A stretch of 64,000 nt of DNA, from assembly GCF_009834535.1 (NCBI RefSeq), contig NC_045697.1:48672001-48736000 (forward strand). Reading direction: 5' to 3'. The stretch comes from Camelus ferus (Eukaryota). The notes under the pieces were generated by a model, which was not told the DNA's origin, made no database searches, and saw only the letters and a list, made by a program, of their open reading frames with translations. The position numbers and the translations under genes are program-made. Positions 53,245 through 64,000 of the stretch are shown piece by piece; the first letter of the stretch is position 1; every line of letters begins with the position of its first letter.

Positions 53245-54600
53245 CCCATTCATTCAAGGACATTCATAGAGATTTTCTACATGTCAGCCACTGTGCTGGC
53301 CCTGGTGATACAAAGATGAACAAAGTATCATTAGACCCAAATAATTCACAGTACAGTAATTCTACAGCCAAGTAGAGGACCATTAGAACATGGCACGATG
53401 GGCTCCGTGACAGAGACCTGGACAAGGTGCTCGGTGAACTCAGAACAGGGGGTTTCACTTTTAACTAAACCATGAACGATTTCTCCACATGGAAGGGGCA
53501 AGAAATGGAAAAGGACATCCAGGTAGAAGAAATAGCATGACAAATGTGTGGAAAGGCACAAGAAAAAGGACAAGCAACTCAAGTGGCTGGAGAGATGATG
53601 CAGCAGAGGACGGTGGAGAGGCGGGGTGGGGGGGGTGTCCAGATCTTCATGTCCCTCACCGAGGGTGTGGACAGCACCCTGTAGAACTGGGAGCCACCAA
53701 CGAACCTTAGCCAAGGAGGGGTATGTTCAAATATGAGCTTCGGGAAGCTGTTGCCAATAATGAGAATAAATTTGAGAGAGATAAGACTGGAAGCTATTGT
53801 ATTGCCCAGGGTAAGAGACAATAAAGGCCCGGCACTAAGGCAATGACCGTGAAGTTAAGGTTGATGAGAGATCTAAGAGCCACTAAGGTGGCAGAACGCT
53901 CAGCCTAGTAACTACTTGGATGGAGCTGGTGTAGACAGAGTATAGTCAAAGTGGAAGGATGGCTTTTATGTTTATAGCTTGTATGAGAATGGTAATATTA
54001 TTAACCTATGTAAAGAACTATGAGATGGGGGTGGAGAGAGGAAGAGGAGGGAACTGGAGCAGGGCAGCTGATGGCTCACTCAGGGCATGCAAATGTGAGG
54101 TGCTGCGGGCTTGTCAGTGGGGGTATACGGGAGGCAGTGCGGTCTACAGGACTGGGGTCTGGGCTGCACACAGAAATGTAGGGGTCACAAAACACATGGC
54201 CCTTGAGAAAAGACAAGCTGCTTGGGGAGGAGCACAGGGAGCCCAACAAAAAGTGCTTTAAGGATGGGTCTCCGAGAACTATCACAATTTGGTGGGGGAG
54301 TGGGGGGTGGGCGGGGGGAGTCTAACAGGAAGTGTCCAGAGAAGTAGGAGAGGCTTCTACAGACTCCTAGGGGGAGAACGAGGAGGAGGAGCTGTCAACC
54401 ATTCCAACCGCTACAGAGAGGCTAGTCTGATGTGGACAGATGCATGGCCACTGGATTTGAAGAGTGGGAAGTCTTTGCAATGGAATGACAGGGGCAGAGG
54501 CCTGATTATGATGGGCCAAAAGGTAAATGAGAGAGAAAATGGAGACAGCAAGGGCAGAGAAATTTTTCAAGAACTTGGTTCTAAAGGGGAGAAAGAGGGA
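53245..54600 (-). mobile_element. L2 fragments
   Basis: cattcattcaagga...ctgtgctggccctggtgatacaaagatgaacaa, then long purine-rich antisense L2-like text. Confidence 0.65.
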
Positions 54601-55539
54601 GGTAACTAGAAGACTTGAGGGGGCCAGGGAGTAAAAAGGATCTGTTCTTGCTGTTTAGTTTTAAATAATGAGAAGGGTGAGCAAATCTGTATGAGACAGG
54701 GAAAGCATGCATGCACAGCTGAAGGCAGAGGATGAAGAGAGGCTGACACTCCTTAAGACTCGGGAGGAAGTAGGAAAGGATGGCATTCTATCTAGGGCAC
54801 AGGAGGACGGCATGACCACATGCAGAAGTCAAGCCAATTACACTGAGATGAGAAGAAAGGAGGAGGTAAGATGTTCATACTTATGTATGAAAGGAAGCGG
54901 TGGGAGGATGGTTAAAGGATGTTACACCCACTGTCCTCTATTTTCATTAGGAAGCCACAAAGAGGGAAAAGGGAGGGGCTTGATGTAGGTGGGGCTCCAG
55001 GGGCATGGCGGATAGGGACTGAAGAGTTGGAACTGATTAGAGATATTTAAAAGATTTAATAACGAAGATGTGGTCTCTGCCCTTACGGAACTTACATTCT
55101 GGTAGTGAGACCAAATGAAGTAATCCTATAGTAAATGATAAACCATTTAGAAATAATTCCTACATAAATCAATAAATCATACAGAAATCATAAAGAAATA
55201 ATTCCTGCAAGATAAAGTAAGTGCCCAAGACCTGCAATGCCAAGACAGGAAACCCAGCTTGGGGAGCTGCTTCTCTGGAGTAGCCTGGAGAGGTAACCAT
55301 GTGCCCTGGGGTGGGCAGATTTCACACAGGTGCAATACATTAAGAACAGGGTGATTTTGAAACAAACAAACAAATCATAAGGTTCTGAAAAATATGCCCC
55401 TTTCTTTTGGACGCAGAGCATATGCTAGGAGAAGGTTTCAGAGATAAATCTTTGTTTTGTAAGATTCTTCCAGTATGTACAGCTAAGTGATGAAATCAGG
55501 GAAAAGAACAATGAAAAAGGCGACTAAAATATAGCCCAC

Positions 55540-56015
55540 CAACACGCATACCTTGCTGGAGAGGGGTGTAAATGAGTACAACCTGAATCAGGAGCACCTT
55601 GGCAACGTTTAGCAAAAGATTTTTAAATATATGCCTCAAAAGTCTGAAAAGCAACCTAAATGCTCATCAGCAGGAGATCAGTTAAGTCAATGTGGTACCT
55701 CTATGTGAGGAAATACTCATGTGGTCATTGAAAGAAATGAGTAGTTCTATACACAGACATGGAAATATCTCATAAATATACGGTTAAAGGGTGATACTAA
55801 GATTCAGGAACTGTGCATGCAGTATGTGGGGAAAAGACCTACATAATCACTTATGTTTATTACTGTAAAGAATATAATGGGAAGAACACCTGAGAAACTA
55901 GAACCAGTGCCTGCCTCTGGGGAGAAAAACTTATTTTTCACTGTGTTTCCTTTTGTAAGTTTTGAATTGTGTACCATGTACATGTGTTACCTATTAAAAA
56001 GCAAAGTATTTTAAG
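55540..56015 (+). mobile_element. L1ME-like 3' fragment
   Basis: ggtgtaaatgagtacaacc...aagcaacctaaatgctcatcagcaggaga...tttgaattgtgtaccatgtacatgtgttacctatt. Confidence 0.65.
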
Positions 56016-56479
56016 AATAGCCTCCCATTTTAAAAATATAATTCACTGTACCTTGAGATAACCAAAAAAGTCAAACAGCTGTTTAGTGACTTTTTCAATG
56101 ATGCAAATAATTTAATAAGCATTCCTAAAGAGCACAGCACGCTTTTAAATTTTAGGATCACTTTGATCTTTAAGAGGATAAGGAAATATTTTCCTAAAGC
56201 ACATTACATCATGAGCATATCAGGAAGAGTCAGAAGACCATTTAATTTTAAAATCAAGCAAACTAAGTTTTGTGTGTGGGCGTAATTCAAACAAAGCCCT
56301 TTTGTTGCATTCCTAACCACAAACAAGGAAGCTCAGTCGCGTGGGATGGGTAGGCTGATGAAACTGGAACTAGCAAGTGACACGATGTCCTTCTTAGATG
56401 ATTTTGCCCGGAACAGAGAGAGATTCAGGAATGCAAAGCATATTTTGGAGATATCTACACTAAAGCAGTTCAGGTCTTT

Positions 56480-57262
56480 CAAACAGTATTCACTGATCAC
56501 CTACAATGTGCCTTCTACTTTGCAGAAGTACAGCTGAAGCTCTGGGAGGTCCCAGATGGCCTCAAGGAGTTTATCATCTTGTTGGGGAGTCTCAAATACA
56601 AGAAGAAATATTCAACAGCATCACAGTATTACTCATTCACTCAAAAAACATTTCAGTGCCTCCCGAGTGCCAAGCACCATTCTAGGTCCTTGATATATAC
56701 GTATTTTCTCACTTACCCTTTACATTGTATCTTTATAAGACCATTAAGGAGAAAATGAGGTCATCACGAGAGACTAAGCAACTCGTCCACAGTCACAAGG
56801 GCAGTGGGGAGCAGAGCTGATGTTTAAACCAGAGCCCGTGCTCTTAACCTCCGAGCAACAAGCGGTATAAATGACAACGAGGTGAGGTTGACAGAGGAGG
56901 GAGACAATAGGCAAGTAAGCAAAGAAACAGGATATTTTCATGTAGTTGTGAAGGGCTCTGAAGGAAGCAGTACTGGGTGATGTGAGAGTGTGACTGAGGA
57001 TCCTGGTCTGGGTCAGGGACAGTCTCTCTGAGAGGGTAACATTCGAACCAGATCTAAATGATGAGAAAGAGTCAACCATGCAGAGCAGCGAGCAGAGTGT
57101 TTAGCACAGAAGCAACAAAGAAATGCAAAGGCCTTGAGGCAGGAATAAAGGTGAGGTTTCCAAGCAGCAGAACAGAGGGTAGCCAGAGCCTTGTGAGTGG
57201 AGAGCAGATGGTAGGAAGGTCAACCAGTTATAAGGGGCCATCTAGGCTCTCGAGGATTTTGG
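56480..57262 (-). mobile_element. L2/MIR cluster
   Basis: actcattcactcaaaaaacattt...gtgccaagcaccattctagg; gtcagggacagtctctctgag...aaatgcaaaggccttgaggcagga. Confidence 0.65.
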
Positions 57263-57837
57263 CATAAGCCCCAAAATGCTCACGTCTGACATTGGCTAGC
57301 AAGGCCTGGTAGTAGAGCGGGAATTTAGATAACCCAGAAGGGTTGGATAAATGGAGAAGGTGACAACCATAACTTGGAAAATAAGAAATTCTAAGAGTTG
57401 GAGTCAATTTTTTTGTTGATATTGTTCTCTGATGAGCTGTTATGACAGACTTGCTTGGGCTCTTCTGGGCCCACTAACATCATATACCATGCCAGTCATC
57501 AACTGGACGTGAACTGAATGTGTACGAATATCAAATACACTCGGACTACCAGCACTACCGGATACAATATCATGTTTCTCAATCGACTTACTAACACCCT
57601 ACCTGCCGTCATTTGCTAGGTGCACAACGCTATCACAGACAACAAAGTCCATCGTAACAAGGTTCTAGTCTTACCCACCCCCCACGAGAAAAAAAGAAAG
57701 AAAAAGGAGAAACAATTATACCAATATATTCTGTAAATTAGGTCTATTAGAATGAACATGTCATGGATTTGGGTTGAGAGTCTTCATGATACACTTACTG
57801 AACACCATGAGCTTAGCAGGGGATTAAAGTATGCTTC

Positions 57838-57925
57838 TTTTCTTTTTTTAAATTTGATTTTTTTTAAATTAAAGTATCCTTGATTTATAATGTTTCAGGT
57901 GTACAGCAAAGTGATTCAGTTATAC

Positions 57926-57982
<57 letters not shown>

Positions 57983-58418
57983 AAAGTCTTTTTCAGATTT
58001 TTTTCTGTTATAGGCTATTATAAGATACTGAATATAGTTCCCTGTGCTACACTGTAGGTCCTTGTTGCTTATCTATTTTATATACAGCAGTGTGTATCTG
58101 TTAATCCCAAATCCCTAATTTATCCCTCCCACCCCTTCCCTTCGGTAACCATAGGTTGTTTTCCATGTCTATGAGTCTATTTCTGTTCTGTAAATAAGTT
58201 CATTTGTGTCATTTTTTTTTTTAGATTCCACATATAAGTGATATCATATGATATTTATCTTTCTCTGTCTGACTCACTTCACTTAGTATGATAATCTCTA
58301 GGTCCATCCACGTTGGTGCAAGTAGCATTATTTCATTCTTTTTTATGGCTGAGTAATATTTCTTCGTATATATGTACCATATCCTCTTTATCCATTCATC
58401 TGTTGACGGACTTTAGGT
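57838..58418 (-). mobile_element. 5'-truncated artiodactyl-type L1 3' end with internal (TA)n and ~14-bp TSD
   Basis: tttcaggtgtacagcaaagtgattcagttata...gttccctgtgctacac.gtaggtccttgttg...agattccacatataagtgatatcat. TSD ttaaagtatg(c/t)ttc at 57824-57837 and 58419-58432. Confidence 0.9.
57925..57981. repeat. (TA)n microsatellite
   Basis: About 21 uninterrupted TA units. Confidence 0.95.
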
Positions 58419-58484
58419 TTAAAGTATGTTTCCTAAGGTTCTTTTTGTGTGTTGCTGTGATTTTTTCCCTATTTTCCCCCATCA

Positions 58485-59140
58485 TTTAAAAAAATCATGA
58501 AACACTTCAGACATACATAAATACATTCAAATTAATAAAAAAAAACACTCATGTACTCATTACTAAAATTTATCAAATCTTAGTATTTTCCCCATATTTA
58601 TTTTAGGTATTATTTTGAATAGGTAATTAATTAATGCAGGGTTTTTTTTTTTTTAATTGGAAGCCGTTGAGAAGTCTTACTCTCCTCATATTCCAGCCCC
58701 TCCACCCATTTCTCTTCCCCCAACAGGGAACCTCTGTGGGTTAATTTCTTACGTACCTTTTCCAGTACTTTGTTATGATGAAGTACAAACAAATAAAAAC
58801 ATATCTCATTTTGGTCCCTTCACAAAAGGAAAGAGACCTCTTGTTTTTTTTTAAATTCTATATCAGTACTTACAGAGCTTCCTCATAGCTTTCTTTTTTC
58901 CTTTTAGCTGCCTAGTATTCCATTGTGTGCATACAATATACTTATTTAACCAGACCCTTTCTGTAGACACTTTTCGATTTCCAGTCTTTTGTCATTAAAA
59001 ATAATGCTTCAGGGAATAACTACATCCACACACTGTTTTCTATCTTGCCGACATATCTGCAGAAATTCCTCGAAGTGGAATAGCTGGCTTAAAATAAAAT
59101 GCACTTGCAATTTTGGTAGTTATTGTTAAATTGCCCCTTT
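58485..59140 (-). mobile_element. Old L1ME-like 3' fragments
   Basis: ttttagctgcctagtattccattgtgtgcataca...ttatttaaccag...ttccagtcttttgtcattaaaaataatgct. Confidence 0.65.
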
Positions 59141-59743
59141 CATGCTTCAAAGAAGAAACAAACAATATGAATAATTAAATGTCGCTGTGCAAATAATTCT
59201 TTAGGGAATTACAATTATATCTTCTTTGGTATAGAAGAATAGATGATTTGTATTTGAACAATGCCTTTTTAGGCATTTCCTGTTTACAGGAAAATGATGC
59301 TCCCCAAATACTGATGATAAAAATATACAGTCACTGATAACTACAAGCAAGTCAAGCTGCACTAGGCTGCACTTGTAACACTGTTCCATTCATAAATCCA
59401 AATGGAACACTTTCTGGAATAAAAAAGAAAATTACCCTATACTGAGATATGTTTTCTACATATTCACAGGAGACAGACAAGCTCTTAAGAATTTTTAGAG
59501 TTGAAAAAATGCATCAACTTCCAAAATGTGAAAAAAAGGTGGTAACTGTTCCTTAACACACAGTTGGCAAAGACATTGCTTTTGAGAAATCCTTTAGCCC
59601 TTTTCAGCATCCCTAACCTCTAGTTTCCATGACAACTGGGCTCCTCAATGCTATGCTTCAGACTTTTGGAATTTATAGAAAAGTCTAACAAGCAAACTTT
59701 CCCAAAGCTTTTATAATTGCCTCACTAACATCTGTGTCTTTAA

Positions 59744-60002
59744 TAAACAACAAGTTTATACTATACAGTACAGGGAACTATATTCAATATCTTGTAGTAA
59801 CCTATAATGAAAAAGAATATGAAAACCAATACATGTGTGTATATGTATGACTGAACTATCATGCTGTACACCAGAAATTGACACAACATTGTAAACTGAC
59901 TCTACTTCAGTAAAATTCAAAAAAATCGAATAAAAAAAGGAAGGAAGCCCATCAACAGCAGTAAAATAATAAATAAATAAGTAAATAAATAAATATTTAA
60001 AA
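59744..60002 (+). mobile_element. Short 5'-truncated L1 3' end with 14-bp TSD
   Basis: acagggaactatattcaatatcttgtagtaacctataatgaaaaagaatatg...gctgtacaccagaaattgacacaacattgtaaactgac. TSD atctgtgtctttaa at 59730-59743 and 60003-60016. Confidence 0.9.
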
Positions 60003-60235
60003 ATCTGTGTCTTTAAAAAGTGGTTCAGTGGGCAGAAAGGTATGCATTAGGTAATACAACCCGATAGCAACACACAGTTCTTTCTGGAAAGAGAAGTTCT
60101 TTTTAAATGTCACATCCTGATAATATGCCCTGAGGACTTTGGCTTTGGCAACTAAATCACAACTAAGAGTAAAGTATGCTAAAAGACACACACATAAGAT
60201 TCCAACATCTAAAATTTGCATAATTAAAAAAACCT

Positions 60236-60397
60236 CTTTTTTTGGTTTGTTTGTTTGGGGTTTTTTTTGGTTGAGGAAGGTAATCAGGTCAGTTTCTTGG
60301 TTTGTTTGTTTGTTTATTTTAATGGCGGTACTGGGGGTGAACCCAGGACCTCATGCATGCTAGGCACACGGTCTACCAGTGAGCTATACCCTCCCCT
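60236..60397 (-). mobile_element. tRNA-derived SINE (Vic-1-like)
   Basis: ggtactgggggtgaacccaggacctcatgcatgctaggcacacggtctacc.gtgagctataccctcccc with a T-rich tail; same family as the 32407 and 36680 copies. Confidence 0.88.
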
Positions 60398-63300
60398 CCT
60401 TTTCTTATAAGAGACTTTATCCAACTCCTCCACACCTGTTCCAACATCCTTTCACTACTAGTTTATCTCCTCCTTATTCTCCATTTTGAAACATTTTTTT
60501 AAGTTGAAATTTTATTGATGATCACACAAAACTATTACCATAAAAAAGAAGGTCTAGCCATGGGGGTCAGTGTTTTTCAGTTAGTCACCAATGAATGGGT
60601 GGTGATGCTGAAATATCTTTTCCTCAATATTCCCCTCCTCCCCTCGACTGACACATACAGAGGAATCAGAATAGTCAACTCTCCTCCCCACACTCCAACG
60701 TTTGCCTGTAAGTCATGGCAGAAGTTGACGCCAACACATCTCTCGTCTATAATAGCATGCATCTTTGTTTTTCTTCAAATTCCAAATTCAATTACAATGG
60801 AATAGAATGCATAGCATACATAGACTAGCATGAGCTCTAATTATTAACACTTTCTTCTTCTCAGTTCTCAGTTTGGAACCAGACATTTCATTTGTTTGAG
60901 GAAGGAAGGAGGGACTGGCTTTTACTGATTTCTTCAAATACTGAATATTATGATTTAAGTGTCTTTGCCACTACTTCTCTGTGCCACAGACTAGGTTGCT
61001 AGGGCTTAGAGAGGAGAAATCACTTCTGTGCTGTATTCATCTTCCACACACTAACACACAGGCAGACACCCACAAATACATGCTCATGGATCTCAGAGAG
61101 GATCAGATAGATGCAGAGAACTAGAAACATTGTGTGTGCCCCTGAACTTCCCGGAGGCTCTCCCAGGGGACCCCTGTTGGACAAATTAGGACACAATGAA
61201 CGCTATGCAGGGCTCTCCCCTTCCACTCGGGGCTGCAGGGCTGAGGGCAGGAGGCAGGACACCCACCACGACAGCTGGACACCCTCCTCCGTGTGTAAAC
61301 CCACAGAAGACTGCCCTTTGAAGTTTTAAAGGACACTCCTCAAACCAAATACCAACCAAGATATTTCAAAATCAAGCTAATTAATTTTTATACAAGGCCA
61401 AAGTGTAAATTATATTTCATTTGTCAAAACCAGTAAAGAAAGGCTGTTTTTTGGGTGAGGTAGAAGCCTTGCCTTTTGGTAGTGATTTTTTTCTACACAT
61501 TATTCCATTCAACAAAAACAGATAAGTGCTCCCCAAACTTCCAACACTAAAGACACAGCATTCTCTTCTGGAGTAAGTTTGATGCATTGTATTGTGATTT
61601 TTTTGTCCCTATTTCACTTTCTTCTCATTTAGAGGAAGAGGCCACAAGTGAGAAATTAAAGACAAGAAAACAACAGAAAGGACAAAAAACACTAATGTCA
61701 GATAAGAACCTCAGGCAATGGCCAAAAGAATCTATATTTTAAAATCATACTGGAAAAGAACTGTTCATTAAAATAAAGTTTTCAAATATTACTGAAACCA
61801 GAATGAAAAGAATAGTGAAGGTTTAAGGCAGAGAGGCTGCCAACGTTAAGAATGTTTGCTCCGGCCTCTCAGTTCCCATCTGCCAACATTTCCATAATAA
61901 ATTTTACAGCAAGGAGGAGTTTAACCACCGCCGTCACTCACACATAACCTGACACTGTTGAGGAGAAAATAATAAAACTCAGAAGAATGTTCTCTCTTAT
62001 TCACCTTCAGGTGAAAGAACGCCAAATAAAACTTGAAAAACCAGCCCTGGATCCCTCTCTCCATATGTGTTTTGTAATCTAAGCAGTTCATATTTTCTTT
62101 TTTACCTTTTACATGGTATAATAATAAAATGAATGCCCAGAATAATAAAATAAATATTCAAGTCACCTTGGGATCCAGAACATTACCACGACCATTGCAG
62201 CCACCTGCTCTTTTCCACCTCATATTTCCATTTAAGTAAAAGCATCTCTAGGTGTACGCATTGACATTAGGCACAACTCCGGACAAAAGTTTCAATTCAA
62301 AGATCATACAAAGATAAAAGCTGAATTCAAATTATCGTGAATAAGGGAAAAGATAATTAAGTATTTAAACCTTTGACTGTGATGGGGTGAAATAATGTAC
62401 AATCGGCACTCTCAGTAAACACTTCTTTTCATGTAAACTCAAAGCTAAATGGGAAGACCACACCTTTTCTTGAAAACTGAGATGATAGTCACAGGTTCCC
62501 TTTCTTTCTACAAATGCTGGCAATGAGAATAGAGAACTTGGCTACCAGTTCCTAGGTAAGTGGCCATTCCTCGTGAGAAACAGAAACTGTTACCCTGAGA
62601 TTCCCTGGGGAAATGGGGAAGCAAAACCATGAAGCACACAACACAAAGCAACTGCTAACCTGAATGAGATAAAAACCCACTCTAAACACATTCATCAGAA
62701 GAAATATGGTGACTGTATATATAGGAGAGAGAATGATTGAAAATCCCCACACAGAAATATTGATAGTACACTGCATTCCACGAGGTCCTCAAATTATGAG
62801 AATTTTCATGACAATTTAGAGAAATGGGCTTAAACTTAATATGTGGTTGGTTACTAATATTTCTTTATAAACAGATACATACAACATAACATGAAAAAGA
62901 CACCAGCGAAAGGCTTGTCAGTTGAGAATCCTGCAATTCGAGATTCTAAATCTCATTCTAACATAACAGTGAGCTTACCTTGGGGCAAAGATAAATAGCC
63001 TAGATAGCAACCCTCTGGGCAACTGCGTGTCACACTCAGGAGTGGCATAAAAAGCCATTTCACCCTGCTCCTGCTCTTTCTGCTCCTCCTCCCAGAGCTG
63101 CAAATTCTTCCCAACAATTCCACGCTCCTCCGTCACACAGCCGGAACCGCCTAGAACTCACTAAGCTTCATGCAAATGGGAGGGACTCATTCCCAGCCAC
63201 CTCTGTAAATTGCCAATTAAAATTTAATTTTAATTGCTCTCTAAGAGGGAAGAAAAGTGAACCTTAGTGACTCTTCCTGAGAAGAACCAGCACCTTAGAC

Positions 63301-64000
63301 AATAGCACATGGCTTGGAAATGCCAGAATTCTATTCTGTGCACAGGAGGAGGAGGGAAAGAAGGAAAACCATTTGCTGATAAAATGCATCAGACTGCGAT
63401 CAGGACATTTCCTTTCTAATTGATCTTCTCTGCCAAACCTGCACCCTCCTCCACATGCAAAAAATGCCACTGTCTGCAAAAATGCATGTTAATTGCTTGA
63501 AACTTCCCCCAGTTTGGAAGACCACTACAGCAAGGGGGCAATACCAACATCCACTGAGGCCTCCCGAGGCACGCTGTTCTGAGCGTGCTAAGTGAGCAGC
63601 ACGGGGACAGAACTCACTGCCAGCAGGAGTGCAAGTGCCAGCTGAGCTCACCTTGCTGCCCAAATGAGAACGGATTCAGAGTCAAACCCTGAGCTTCCAT
63701 TACCCATTCATCTCCATTTAACTTTACAGAGCACATAACACGAGGTATGGCTTAATGGTTAGAGGAGTCGGTCATCATAGTGACGGTGGTGACTGGTGGT
63801 GGAAGGTAAGGGAGGGGTGAGAGTTCATGGAGGAAAGCAATGGCTTGGAAAATCTTGAGTTTTAAGCTGGAACATTCTGTCTCTTTAACTCACTCATTGA
63901 ACCACCCTAGCCTAAGGCTTGACAGATTTTAGGGAGAAGTTTTTGCCGAGATAAGTTAGGTCATAGGGCTCTTACTGACAAGTTAGACAAGAGAGAATTC

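Noticed and set aside
54294..54318. Four G-tracts forming a G-quadruplex motif (similar tracts at ~11288-11320 and ~11621-11650)
   Set aside because: Such motifs are common, two of them lie in TE relics, and nothing in the sequence suggests function.
57644..57664. tcgtaacaaggt matches the conserved small-subunit rRNA 3' motif (AAGTCGTAACAAGGT)
   Set aside because: Only 12 contiguous bases match and the flanks do not resemble 12S, 16S or 18S rRNA; probably chance.

Overview
Mammalian genomic DNA, most likely a camelid: three copies of a short tRNA-derived SINE resemble camelid Vic-1. The window holds the 3' half of SHROOM3 on the minus strand: eight coding exons matching human exons 4-11 (49176 down to about 10888), all with GT-AG boundaries and consistent reading phase. 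They encode the ASD1 actin-binding and ASD2 ROCK-binding regions, followed by a probable ~3.5 kb 3' UTR. The PDZ-encoding exons lie beyond the right edge. The rest is intronic or intergenic sequence rich in L1, L2, MIR, ERVL-type LTR, MER DNA-transposon and SINE relics. Main oddities: (1) an extra G in a G8 run of the last exon that frameshifts away the conserved C-terminal ...SPL tail (real allele or homopolymer error); (2) a ~200 bp intronic block with no CpG depletion and mtDNA-like composition; (3) inverted lineage-specific SINEs bracketing the 74-nt exon 6; (4) a NAGNAG acceptor; (5) two short non-TE direct repeats; (6) a possible L1 3' transduction. I see no support for a wholly new multi-gene system. 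Human comparisons and repeat family names come from memory, not from searches.
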